Source: a virus. Taken from it: a stretch of 64,000 bases of DNA. How positions within the stretch are numbered: the stretch's first letter is position 1; every line of letters begins with the position of its first letter. Where the stretch lies: positions 56,964 to 120,963 of IMG/VR virus record IMGVR_UViG_3300025646_000012; one strand, written 5' to 3'. The notes beneath the pieces were generated by a model that saw nothing but the letters and a program-made list of their open reading frames with translations, had not been told where the DNA came from and did not search any database. Of the stretch, positions 19,310 through 28,821 are shown one piece after another. A program made the position numbers and the translations under genes.

Positions 19310-19722
19310 AAATTGGTATTACATTTTCAACTTTTGATTTACTTCACGCTGGTCATGTGGCAATGCTTCGTGAAGCAAAAACCGTTTGTGATTATCTAAT
19401 TTGCGGTCTCCAAGTAGATCCATCACTTGATAGACCAGAGAAAAATAAACCCGTACAAACATTGGTTGAGCGCTATGTTCAACTATCAGGTGTAAAATAT
19501 GTCGATGAAATTATTTGCTACCAATCAGAAGCAGATGTTGTTGACATCTTGGAAATGTTTAATATTGACGTAAAAATTATGGGCTCTGAATATAGAGATA
19601 AGGATTTTACCGGCAAAGATGTTTGTAAACGTAAAGGTATTCAATTATATTTTAATAATAGAGCACACAGATTCAGTTCAAGTGATCTAAGGAAAAGAGT
19701 AGCGGAAGGGGAAAACAAATGA
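19306..19722 (+). CDS. tagD: Cytidylyltransferase, TagD-like
   Basis: FDLLHAGH (HxGH), ERY, FSSSDLR. Confidence 0.85.
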   Translation: MKIGITFSTFDLLHAGHVAMLREAKTVCDYLICGLQVDPSLDRPEKNKPVQTLVERYVQLSGVKYVDEIICYQSEADVVDILEMFNIDVKIMGSEYRDKDFTGKDVCKRKGIQLYFNNRAHRFSSSDLRKRVAEGENK

Positions 19723-19898
19723 CTGAAGGTCCTTTTAAAAACGCGTTTGACGCAGATATTAGAGGTGTTGTTCGTAGGGAAATTGTAACCTACAGAAAAC
19801 TACCAAATGGTTATATGAGTAAAGAAGTTACGGTTCGTGATTATTATGAAAGTGGTGATTATCACGATTCACAAACAACATTAATTCTAACAAAATAA
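19719..19898 (+). CDS. Small hypothetical protein, 59 aa (not in the ORF track)
   Basis: ATGA-coupled ORF MTEGPFKNAFDADIRGVVRREIVTY... Confidence 0.6.
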   Translation: MTEGPFKNAFDADIRGVVRREIVTYRKLPNGYMSKEVTVRDYYESGDYHDSQTTLILTK

Positions 19899-19901
19899 GT
19901 A

Positions 19902-19930
19902 TTTACAACAATGTATATTTGTGATAGAAT
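19902..19930 (+). promoter_or_regulatory. Sigma70-like promoter
   Basis: TTTACA-N17-TAGAAT with extended TG. Confidence 0.7.
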
Positions 19931-19956
19931 ACCTATATCACAACAAGGAATCCATT

Positions 19957-20916
19957 ATGTTTAAAATTGCAATTACCGGCGGTGCCGGGTTTATCGCTTT
20001 TCATTTGGCACAAAGTTTGCATGCAGATGGGCATGAAGTGATTGGTCTTGATAATTTTAATGATTATTATGATCCAGCACTTAAACGTGCTAGAGCCAGA
20101 AAACTTGCCGAAATTGGAATTGGTATTGCCAAATGTGATCTAAAAGATAAGAGTGATGTTCATGATTTTATGAAACTACATCATCCTGATCTTGTGATCC
20201 ATCTTGGTGCTTATGCTGGTGTTCGTCACTCACTAGAAAATCCACAAGTATACATTGATAATAATATTACCGGAACACAAAATCTTATTGATGCATGTAC
20301 CGCAAATAATGTTCAACACGTAGTTTATGCTTCAACTTCTTGTACCATGGCTGGTAATCAATTGCCTTGGAAAGAGGATGAAAAAACCGGCTACCAATTG
20401 AATCCGTATGGTTATTCCAAATCCACAAACGAATGTCAGTTTATGGCAAGTACTCTCAAAAATGCTATCGGACTTCGTTTCTTTACGGTTTACGGTCCTT
20501 GGGGTAGACCAGATATGGCTCTATTCACATTTACTAAAAACATTGTGGATGGTAAGCCAATCACTCTATATAATAACGGCGATATGATTCGTGATTTTAC
20601 ATATGTTGATGATATTGTCCAAGGTATTAAAATTGTCACATATCGTTGCCTTGACCAAAATAATGCTGGTGAAAAAGAAATTTATAATATTGGCTATGGT
20701 GATAAAGTTCCACTTATGGAATTTGTTGATCACATTGAAAAGAATCTAGGTCGGACTGCAATCAAGGATTATGCTCCTATGCATCCTGCTGATACACAAG
20801 CTACCTGGTCAGATACAACTAAACTACAGAAATTGGGTTATAAACCAACTACCGATATTGCAACTGGTGTTGAAAGGTTTGTTACCTGGTATAAATCTTA
20901 TTACGGAGTAAATTAA
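19957..20916 (+). CDS. NAD-dependent epimerase, UDP-glucuronate 4-epimerase type
   Basis: TGGAGFI, AGVRHSLENP, YGYSK, RFFTVYGPWGRPDMA, RDFTYVDD. Confidence 0.88.
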   Translation: MFKIAITGGAGFIAFHLAQSLHADGHEVIGLDNFNDYYDPALKRARARKLAEIGIGIAKCDLKDKSDVHDFMKLHHPDLVIHLGAYAGVRHSLENPQVYIDNNITGTQNLIDACTANNVQHVVYASTSCTMAGNQLPWKEDEKTGYQLNPYGYSKSTNECQFMASTLKNAIGLRFFTVYGPWGRPDMALFTFTKNIVDGKPITLYNNGDMIRDFTYVDDIVQGIKIVTYRCLDQNNAGEKEIYNIGYGDKVPLMEFVDHIEKNLGRTAIKDYAPMHPADTQATWSDTTKLQKLGYKPTTDIATGVERFVTWYKSYYGVN

Positions 20917-21749
20917 TGAAACTCGGAATTGTCGGTCACGGATTTGTTGGTAAAGCAGTTGATTATGGATTTTCACATCCATTGGTAGAAAAGTTTTATG
21001 TAGATCCTAATTATAATACCACCATTGATGATTTAATTAAATGGGAACCTAACGTTGCATTTATCTGTGCACCAACACCCATGCTTCCAAATGGTGCAGT
21101 TGATGCTACAATTGTACAAGATGCAGTATTGAAACTAGCACAGCATACTCAATGTTTGATTATTATCAAATCAACTGTAACTCCTAGTATTATCAAAAAT
21201 CTTATGGTCACGCTTAAATTTAAAGAACTTGAACATAGAGTAGTATATAATCCTGAGTTCCTTACAGAGAAAAATGCATTTGCAGAATTTGTACATCCTG
21301 ATGTTCACATTTTTGGTGGGACTCCAGAAGCAAATAATGCCGCTGTAACAATCTATAAACTCTTTTCCATGTGTAATATGGATAATATTTTCTTTACAGC
21401 CCCTGTTGAAGCATCATTTATCAAGTATGCAATCAATACCTACCTTGCAACCAAGGTAACGTTCTTCAATCAGCTCTACGATGCTGCAAGTGAACTAGGC
21501 GCAGGGTTCAACAATATCATTATGGGTATGGAACAAGATCCAAGGATCGGTAGTTCCCATATGAGAGTACCTGGTTTTGATGGTAAACGTGGATTTGGTG
21601 GTGCTTGTTTCCCAAAAGATACCGCTGCATTCTCAAAGGAATTTAAAGGGTTTACAATGCTGCAAGAAGTGATTAAAATTAATAATCAATATCGTCAGCA
21701 ATATGAACTTGATGATAGAGAAATTGCACAAAATATTAAATTTGGTTGA
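20916..21749 (+). CDS. ugd: UDP-glucose/GDP-mannose 6-dehydrogenase (short form)
   Basis: GHGFVG, IKSTV, NPEFL, GFGGACFPKD. Confidence 0.88.
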   Translation: MKLGIVGHGFVGKAVDYGFSHPLVEKFYVDPNYNTTIDDLIKWEPNVAFICAPTPMLPNGAVDATIVQDAVLKLAQHTQCLIIIKSTVTPSIIKNLMVTLKFKELEHRVVYNPEFLTEKNAFAEFVHPDVHIFGGTPEANNAAVTIYKLFSMCNMDNIFFTAPVEASFIKYAINTYLATKVTFFNQLYDAASELGAGFNNIIMGMEQDPRIGSSHMRVPGFDGKRGFGGACFPKDTAAFSKEFKGFTMLQEVIKINNQYRQQYELDDREIAQNIKFG

Positions 21750-21760
21750 AGGGATAAATT

Positions 21761-22816
21761 ATGAGTATTATGGACAAACTAAAAAAGAATAGTAAGGTAA
21801 AAGAGACCTCTGTTCTATCTGAATCCAAATTCTTTAATGAAAAGGATATGGTTCAAACCGATGTGCCTATGATTAACGTGGCTCTATCTGGTTCCGTTGA
21901 TGGAGGTCTATCATCTGGGCTTACTGTTCTTGCAGGTCCATCGAAACACTTTAAAACATCATTTGCCCTTCTTATGGCTGCAGCATATTTGAATAAGTAT
22001 TCTGATGCTGTTATGCTTTTTTATGATTCAGAATTCGGTTCACCGCAATCTTATTTCCAACAATTTGGTATTGATACGGCACGTGTGCTTCATACACCGG
22101 TTACTAATGTTGAGGAACTAAAGTTTGATATTATCGGTCAATTGGAACAATTGGATCGTAAAGATAATGTAATTATTGTTATTGATTCTATTGGTAACTT
22201 GGCATCCAAAAAAGAACTTGAGGATGCAATCAATGAAAAATCGGTTGCGGATATGTCTCGTGCAAAGGCTCTGAAAGGTCTTTTCCGTATGTGCACACCA
22301 TATCTGACTATGAAAAACATTCCGCTTATTGCAATTAATCACACATATAAAGAAATTGGTTTGTTTCCTAAAGATATTGTATCTGGTGGTACTGGTATCT
22401 ATTATTCAGCGGATAATATTTGGATCCTTGGTCGTCAACAAGATAAACAGGGCACTGAAATCAAAGGTTATCACTTTGTGATTAACGTAGAGAAATCTCG
22501 TTATGTAAAAGAAAAATCCAAGATTCCTATCTCTGTTTCTTGGGAAGGTGGTGTTCAACGTTGGTCTGGATTGCTTGAGGTTGCAATTGCAGGACAATAT
22601 GTTGCCAAACCTTCCAATGGTTGGTATCAACACGTTGACCGAGAAACAGGTGAGCTTACTGGTCAAAAATACAGAGAAAAAGATACTCTTACCGAAGAGT
22701 TCTGGCAACCAATTATGACTGGAACAGATTTTAAGGAATTCCTAAAGAAACAATACTCAATTGGTTATCAATCTCTAATTGATATGGATTCCATTGTTGA
22801 GGAGATTGATGAATGA
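21761..22816 (+). CDS. uvsX: RecA-like recombinase UvsX
   Basis: AGPSKHFKT, YDSEFG, DSIGNLAS, GGTG. Confidence 0.96.
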   Translation: MSIMDKLKKNSKVKETSVLSESKFFNEKDMVQTDVPMINVALSGSVDGGLSSGLTVLAGPSKHFKTSFALLMAAAYLNKYSDAVMLFYDSEFGSPQSYFQQFGIDTARVLHTPVTNVEELKFDIIGQLEQLDRKDNVIIVIDSIGNLASKKELEDAINEKSVADMSRAKALKGLFRMCTPYLTMKNIPLIAINHTYKEIGLFPKDIVSGGTGIYYSADNIWILGRQQDKQGTEIKGYHFVINVEKSRYVKEKSKIPISVSWEGGVQRWSGLLEVAIAGQYVAKPSNGWYQHVDRETGELTGQKYREKDTLTEEFWQPIMTGTDFKEFLKKQYSIGYQSLIDMDSIVEEIDE

Positions 22817-23064
22817 TTGAGTGTATGCTTTTAGCAGGATTATGGTATATAGCCGGTACTGATATTAATGGTGATAGATATTTTGTTAATATTGATATGA
22901 TTGTATCTGCAACTCAGAATATGAGTATTAGTGATATAGGAGGATCATCTAGAACTATTATTCAAACATTAAATGGCACTATTGTCGAAGATTTGGATAT
23001 TTTGGATGTAGCTATTGGTATTTCAAGGTGCGAGGATTTATATAATGAACTTAATGGAGAATAA
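22813..23064 (+). CDS. Hypothetical protein
   Basis: ATGA-coupled ORF with GGAG RBS. Confidence 0.55.
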   Translation: MIECMLLAGLWYIAGTDINGDRYFVNIDMIVSATQNMSISDIGGSSRTIIQTLNGTIVEDLDILDVAIGISRCEDLYNELNGE

Positions 23065-23323
23065 AGACTATCAATATATTCCTGTAAATAGAGATGGTAA
23101 AGAATCATGGGATATTCGTATTCTTGAAGGTGACTTTGTCGAAACAGTATTCTATTTTGATAAATTACAGGTAGCAGAAGATGGCGAACATCTGAAATTT
23201 AATTTCCATATTGTATCAACACCAAACCCTGATCTAAATGAGGACGACCAGGGTTTACAAGAATATGCTGGTATGGTATTATATAGTATATTAGAAAATT
23301 CAATACCAATGGATAAAGAATAA
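23054..23323 (+). CDS. Hypothetical protein at the gp40 position (possible head assembly chaperone)
   Basis: Between uvsX and gp41 as in T4; IRILEGDF, LKFNFHI. Confidence 0.5.
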   Translation: MENKDYQYIPVNRDGKESWDIRILEGDFVETVFYFDKLQVAEDGEHLKFNFHIVSTPNPDLNEDDQGLQEYAGMVLYSILENSIPMDKE

Positions 23324-23325
23324 GA

Positions 23326-24696
23326 ATGAATATTAATCTCGAGCAAACCATTCTAAGAAATCTACTGACCAACGAACCTTACATGCGTAAGGTTCTTCCT
23401 TTTGTGAAGCCTGATTATTTTGAGGGAGTGTATCGACTTCTCTATAAAGAGATCGGCAAATATGTTGCCAAATATAATAAATTGCCTCGGTTTGAGGAAT
23501 TTAAAATTGAATTAGATAATAGTGATAAGTTTAATGATGAACAATTTCGTCATGCCATGGAAATCATTCCTAATATCTTCACTAAAGAAGATGTAAATGA
23601 CCAGTGGCTTATAGATACTACAGAAAAGTGGTGTCAGGACCGTGCGGTCTATAATGCCATTATGGAATCAATTTCCATCATTGATGGTAAACACGAGGCC
23701 TTGAGTAAAAATGCGCTACCGGACATTCTTCAAAAGGCCCTGGCGGTATCGTTTGACACCAACATCGGTCACGACTATATTGAAAACGTTGAACAGCGAT
23801 ACGATTTCTACCATGAGCAAGAAGAAAGAATTCCTTTTGATCTTGACTATTTTAACAAGATTACGAAGGGAGGTCTACCAAACAAAACTCTTAATATTGC
23901 TCTTGCTGGTACTGGGGTTGGTAAATCTCTCTTTATGTGTCACGTTGCTGCTAATGCCCTAGTTCAAGGTAGAGCGGTACTTTATATTACATTGGAAATG
24001 TCCGAGGAAAGAATTGCCGAACGTATTGATGCCAATCTCTTGGATGTACCTATTGACCAATTGGAAACTCTATCCAAATCAATGCTTAAGGAAAGAGTCT
24101 CAAGTATTAGTCGTAAGGGTAATGGTAAACTTATCATTAAAGAATATCCTACTGGACAAGCAAATACCTCACACTTCCGTGCTCTACTAAATGAACTCAA
24201 ACTAAAAAAGAACTTTATCCCAAATATTATCTTTATTGACTATTTGAATATCTGTGCATCATCACGTATGAAAGGTATGGGAGGATCAATTAATTCCTAT
24301 ACATATATTAAAGCCATTGCCGAGGAAATGAGAGGACTTGCAGTTGAATTCAATGTACCGATTGTCTCTGCAACGCAAACGACGCGTTCTGGTTATGCTA
24401 ACTCGGATCCTGGGCTTGAGGATACGTCCGAGTCTTTTGGACTACCCGCAACGGCGGACCTAATGTTTGCTCTAGTTTCCAATGATGAACTACAGCAACA
24501 AGGTCAGATTATGGTCAAACAACTTAAAAATAGATATAACGATCCAAATATGAATAAGCGGTTCGTCATTGGTGTTGATAGAAGTAAAATGCGACTATGT
24601 GATGTAAATATGGGTGAACAAACATTAGTTGATGATACCCCAGCTTTTGACAAGGGTAATGTAAGTGAACGATTTAAGGATTTTAAAATTGAATGA
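23326..24696 (+). CDS. gp41: Replicative helicase gp41
   Basis: AGTGVGKS, ITLEMSEE, IDYLNI, SESFGLPATAD, KQLKNRY. Confidence 0.96.
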   Translation: MNINLEQTILRNLLTNEPYMRKVLPFVKPDYFEGVYRLLYKEIGKYVAKYNKLPRFEEFKIELDNSDKFNDEQFRHAMEIIPNIFTKEDVNDQWLIDTTEKWCQDRAVYNAIMESISIIDGKHEALSKNALPDILQKALAVSFDTNIGHDYIENVEQRYDFYHEQEERIPFDLDYFNKITKGGLPNKTLNIALAGTGVGKSLFMCHVAANALVQGRAVLYITLEMSEERIAERIDANLLDVPIDQLETLSKSMLKERVSSISRKGNGKLIIKEYPTGQANTSHFRALLNELKLKKNFIPNIIFIDYLNICASSRMKGMGGSINSYTYIKAIAEEMRGLAVEFNVPIVSATQTTRSGYANSDPGLEDTSESFGLPATADLMFALVSNDELQQQGQIMVKQLKNRYNDPNMNKRFVIGVDRSKMRLCDVNMGEQTLVDDTPAFDKGNVSERFKDFKIE

Positions 24697-25472
24697 AAGT
24701 ATTACTTTATCAATTTCATTTAAATCAAAGTAAATTGTCTTTTGCTACAAAAGACAAATATATTAATGATTATGGTGAATATTGGAAATTAAGTAGTAAT
24801 ACCTGTAAACTATATGCAGAAAAGTGGGGTTGGGATTATATTTTTGATAACCCAACGTCAGAAGAATGGGAACCTTTTTTTATACCAGAACCGCAATTTG
24901 AACAATTCCGTTGTATAAAATATCTAAAAGATTATGATGCGGTTTTATTTGTTGATAGTGACATTTTAATTAAACCAGATTCACCTAATGTAGTTGAGGA
25001 GTATAAAAAGAATAAAACGTCAATAGTAGTAAATACTTCAATTGGTAATAAACTTTTAGGTGAAAATGATTACTCAGTTATTGGTGTAAATACCGGCGTT
25101 GTAATATGGTATAAAGATTCAAATAATATAGCGAACCTTCCTTATATTAAAAATGACCAGTATTTTGATAATGGTGTATATTCACTTGGTTCTTTTTTAG
25201 AATCAAGAGGCAGCATAAAGTGGTGGAAAAATCTAGAAGATTTTGAGTCATTTATAGGTAAGTTTGAATCTGGGTTTCATAATGATGATAAGTTCTTAAC
25301 TTTTCTAATATCAATATATAATATTCCAGTAAGTCATTTACATTCCAAATATAATTATAGGTTTACAAATAGAACAAATAGTGATATACTATCTGATAAC
25401 ATACACTTTATACATTATATAGCAAATATGAAATCCTATATAAAACAGCATTACAATTTAATTATGGTGTAA
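24693..25472 (+). CDS. GT-A fold glycosyltransferase-like protein
   Basis: YAEKWGWDY, LFVDSD (DxD), NTGV, FIHY. Confidence 0.7.
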   Translation: MKVLLYQFHLNQSKLSFATKDKYINDYGEYWKLSSNTCKLYAEKWGWDYIFDNPTSEEWEPFFIPEPQFEQFRCIKYLKDYDAVLFVDSDILIKPDSPNVVEEYKKNKTSIVVNTSIGNKLLGENDYSVIGVNTGVVIWYKDSNNIANLPYIKNDQYFDNGVYSLGSFLESRGSIKWWKNLEDFESFIGKFESGFHNDDKFLTFLISIYNIPVSHLHSKYNYRFTNRTNSDILSDNIHFIHYIANMKSYIKQHYNLIMV

Positions 25473-26183
25473 TAATGTCTAAAGTATTAGTGTGTCAGTG
25501 TTATATTATACCAGACAATTATAATTCTAATCATTATGAATATTCTTTTGAAAGTGTAAAAAGATATTGTGATAAATTTGGTTTTGATTACCATAATGAA
25601 TTATATGAATCTAAAAATTATAAACCTTTTGCTTTAAATAACTTTTATTTTGAAAGATATAAATTTGTTGAAAAACTAGAAGAATATGATCACGTACTTT
25701 ATTTAGATAGTGATATTATAGTAAATAATTTTAATAAAAATATAATTGATGAATATAAGGATAAATTGGGGCTAGGTGTAAATTATTCAATAGTAAATGA
25801 TTATCTTGAAATAGATTCTTATAAATTTAATAGGCCACTAAATTCAGGTGTTCTTTTATTTAATAGGAAAACCAATAATCATATGTTCCCTTTGCATAAA
25901 TGGCCGAATACTTTTTATGATAAAACTCCTTGGTATAAATCATTAGATCAATATTCTCATCTTACTTATAGATGGCATAATAAATATCATCTTATTGATG
26001 ATGAACCTATGTTGGCAAGACTAATACCTATTATGCAAATACCAAGTTTTCATATAGATTATGAATGGAATACTTTTGCTACAAATAGAGATTTACATTC
26101 TTTAAAAAATTCATACTTTTTACATTACGGTATGAGTGAAGGTAAAAAACAACTTATTAAAAATCATTACAATTTAATTATGG
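25449..26183 (+). repeat. 19-bp exact direct repeat (25449-25467, 26165-26183) at the 3' ends of two tandem GT genes
   Basis: cattacaatttaattatgg twice; both proteins end HYNLIM. Confidence 0.85.
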
Positions 26184-26191
26184 AGCAATAA
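25475..26191 (+). CDS. GT-A fold glycosyltransferase-like protein; paralog of the upstream gene
   Basis: YCDKFGFDY, LYLDSD, NSGV, WN, FLHY. Confidence 0.7.
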   Translation: MSKVLVCQCYIIPDNYNSNHYEYSFESVKRYCDKFGFDYHNELYESKNYKPFALNNFYFERYKFVEKLEEYDHVLYLDSDIIVNNFNKNIIDEYKDKLGLGVNYSIVNDYLEIDSYKFNRPLNSGVLLFNRKTNNHMFPLHKWPNTFYDKTPWYKSLDQYSHLTYRWHNKYHLIDDEPMLARLIPIMQIPSFHIDYEWNTFATNRDLHSLKNSYFLHYGMSEGKKQLIKNHYNLIMEQ

Positions 26192-26192
26192 A

Positions 26193-26435
26193 ATGGCTAA
26201 AGGTAAAAAATCCAGCGGTAAAAACTACACATCAAAGGCTGAGCGTAAAAGTTCAATTAGTACAAAAATTAAAGATCCCGCGCTTACATTGCTTCGTAAA
26301 ATGGATGCACTCAGTAAAGGCAAGGATGTTTGGTTTACTATTGATAATCCAAATAAGAATGAAACTAATAAGCGGAAGATTCGTGTGAAACGTAGCGGTC
26401 GTGAATGGCTTAAGAGATTGGAAGGTAAAGTATAA
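26193..26435 (+). CDS. Small basic hypothetical protein
   Basis: GGAG RBS; TIDNPNKNETNKR motif. Confidence 0.7.
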   Translation: MAKGKKSSGKNYTSKAERKSSISTKIKDPALTLLRKMDALSKGKDVWFTIDNPNKNETNKRKIRVKRSGREWLKRLEGKV

Positions 26436-27100
26436 TGAAAGCTCGTCTAGTTGGATATACACAACCCGCAGAAGAATTTGAGGATGATTTTAGCAATGTC
26501 CAAGATCTCATCGCGTATTGCGCCCGTGTCTCCAATCCATCGAACCAACTTAACACGGAGACAGGTGAGAAACTCATTCGATACCTCGTTAAACACAAGC
26601 ACTGGTCTCCACTCGAGATGGCAAGCGCAACGATCGAAGTCGAAACGACCAGAGACATCGCAAGGCAATTCCTTCGCCATCGGTCTTTTAGTTTTCAAGA
26701 GTTTAGCCAGCGTTATGCTGATCCTACTTCTGATCTCGATTTTGTTCTGAGAGAAGCTCGTCTACAAGATCAAAAGAATCGTCAGAACTCAATTGAAACT
26801 GATGATCGCGAATTAAAAATGTATTGGGAAATTAAGCAGCAAATGGTTATTAATGCTGCTAAGGAAGCTTACAAGTGGGCCATAGATAATGGTATTGCTA
26901 AAGAACAAGCACGAGTAATTCTTCCAGAAGGTAATACGCTTTCAAGACTCTATGTGAATGGAACTCTTCGTTCATGGGTTCATTATATTGAGCTGCGCTC
27001 TGGTAACGGAACGCAAAAAGAACACATTGATCTGGCTCGAGCATGTGCTGAAGCCATTACAAAGATTTTTCCGATGATTGAGGAATTTGTACATGACTGA
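26435..27100 (+). CDS. thyX: Flavin-dependent thymidylate synthase ThyX
   Basis: HWSPLEM, RHRSFSFQEFSQRY, AKEQAR, TQKEH. Confidence 0.96.
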   Translation: MKARLVGYTQPAEEFEDDFSNVQDLIAYCARVSNPSNQLNTETGEKLIRYLVKHKHWSPLEMASATIEVETTRDIARQFLRHRSFSFQEFSQRYADPTSDLDFVLREARLQDQKNRQNSIETDDRELKMYWEIKQQMVINAAKEAYKWAIDNGIAKEQARVILPEGNTLSRLYVNGTLRSWVHYIELRSGNGTQKEHIDLARACAEAITKIFPMIEEFVHD

Positions 27101-27770
27101 AGTAGTTATTCGTAATAAAAATCTTTTAAATAAATTAAATGCATTTGTTGATGAATTTTTTTCAATTGATGGATATAACAATAATTCTTATCATACCTAT
27201 GATGGGGAAAAAGCATTAACTGATCCTGAATACTATTGTGACCGAGAATGGCTTGATCAGATGTTGTTAAATTGGAAAACTCATAGTGGATTTCCTGAGC
27301 AACATTTTTCACAACCAATTTCACGTATGGCTACAGCAAATCCTGAAAAGTTTTTAGGATTACGGAATAAAGTAAGACAAGATTTTACTACAGAAATTGG
27401 TGCTACACACGCAGCACTTTCAAATTATTATCCACCTAAGGGTTTTGTAGGTTGGCATACAAATTGGAATGCCAATTGTTATCAGATTCTTTTTACTTGG
27501 TCTAAAACAGGTAATGGTTACTTTAAATATTATGATAAACAAAATAATAAAATTGTAACTATTCAAGATGTACCAGGATGGCAATGCCGACATTTTTATT
27601 TTGGTCGTAAGGATGAACCAGAGCACCATTGTTGGCATGCTGCATATGCAGGAGAGGATCGTATTACACTAGCATATAAGTTTGCAAATAATAGTCTTAA
27701 AGATCCAATGGATGTAAATGCACGGATGCTAAGAGACCAGTTAATTGAGGAAATTGAATCGGAGGAATAA
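27093..27770 (+). CDS. Hypothetical protein, 2OG-Fe(II)/cupin-like
   Basis: YYPPKGFVGWHTN, CWHAA, RITL. Confidence 0.6.
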   Translation: MTEVVIRNKNLLNKLNAFVDEFFSIDGYNNNSYHTYDGEKALTDPEYYCDREWLDQMLLNWKTHSGFPEQHFSQPISRMATANPEKFLGLRNKVRQDFTTEIGATHAALSNYYPPKGFVGWHTNWNANCYQILFTWSKTGNGYFKYYDKQNNKIVTIQDVPGWQCRHFYFGRKDEPEHHCWHAAYAGEDRITLAYKFANNSLKDPMDVNARMLRDQLIEEIESEE

Positions 27771-27772
27771 AC

Positions 27773-27988
27773 ATGGGTAAAAAGATATCTACATACTATT
27801 CTGATTTTGGAAAGGGTTATTGTGAACTTCATGTAGATTATAAACAAGAAATGTTTTATCTTAAATATTTTGACAACAACGGTAAACAATTTTTTGTAGA
27901 AGATTTTCCTAATAAATCCATGCGATATGTAGAAGATGCAGCAGAGAACTGGGCACTTGGTATTAAGAAACTCGAGGATATAGAATAA
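27773..27988 (+). CDS. Hypothetical protein
   Basis: GGAGG RBS; KSMRYVEDAAENWALG. Confidence 0.7.
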   Translation: MGKKISTYYSDFGKGYCELHVDYKQEMFYLKYFDNNGKQFFVEDFPNKSMRYVEDAAENWALGIKKLEDIE

Positions 27989-27998
27989 TCTAAATATA

Positions 27999-28331
27999 AT
28001 GTCGATGTATGATAAGCTTCGAAGAGATATAAGAATTAGTAAAGGGTACACTGATAGTAATCCTTGGGTACCAGATTGGGCATCAGGAGAAAGTTCAATG
28101 TTTACAATTGAAATGGAGGATGATGAATCCTTAATTACCATTTTGGATGATACAGGAGAATTGGATGACGTTTCAATTCTCCTGTATGATGATTATTGTC
28201 ATATTCGACAGTGGAATGAAAAAAAACAATTTTGGGAAATAGTTACTCTTACATCTACAATGTATCTTGAACTTATGAAAGCTTGGAATCTACCACAAGG
28301 AACTTATAAAATTGTTAAAACAGATGGATAG
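27999..28331 (+). CDS. Hypothetical protein (alternative start 28098)
   Basis: ORF in operon context. Confidence 0.6.
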   Translation: MSMYDKLRRDIRISKGYTDSNPWVPDWASGESSMFTIEMEDDESLITILDDTGELDDVSILLYDDYCHIRQWNEKKQFWEIVTLTSTMYLELMKAWNLPQGTYKIVKTDG

Positions 28332-28821
28332 CGATTTTTTCTATAAAGTAAAAATAAAAGAACATGAATTTATTAAGGAATGGTTTCTTAGTGAATATGA
28401 TGATTATATAAAACAACTTCCTATGAAACCTTCCAAAACTGATTATCAATTAAATATTAAAAGAAAATCGCCTTATTCAGATGAATGGAATCGTCTCATT
28501 CGACCTTACATAAAAGATTTTTGTAAAATTTTTGGAGTTGAAAATTATAAACTCCAATCATGGTTTGCACAGTATGATACAAATGTAGATCACCATTGGC
28601 ATATCCATTCTGGATCACATTTCGGTGTAGTGTATTATATGGAATTACCTTATAATGAAAATAGTACAGAATTTTGGAAAAAAAATTTTCCCGCGGATGA
28701 AGGTGAAATGGTTTTCTTTCCTTCATGGTGGATTCATAGATCCACCCCCAATCTATACGATAAAAGAAAAACAGTAATTGCAGGTAATTTAACTTTTAAA
28801 AATCATGCTTTTCTTCCATGA
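28324..28821 (+). CDS. Putative 2OG-Fe(II) oxygenase
   Basis: WHIH, VVYY, EGEMVFFPSWWIH, RKTVIAGN. Confidence 0.75.
   Translation: MDSDFFYKVKIKEHEFIKEWFLSEYDDYIKQLPMKPSKTDYQLNIKRKSPYSDEWNRLIRPYIKDFCKIFGVENYKLQSWFAQYDTNVDHHWHIHSGSHFGVVYYMELPYNENSTEFWKKNFPADEGEMVFFPSWWIHRSTPNLYDKRKTVIAGNLTFKNHAFLP

Noticed and set aside
13559-24696. Introns, inteins or homing endonucleases in gp43, uvsX or gp41
   Set aside because: ORFs are uninterrupted and of normal length; no intein, HNH, GIY-YIG or LAGLIDADG motifs seen
27596-28141. 181-aa minus-strand ORF
   Set aside because: Antisense across three well-formed plus-strand genes
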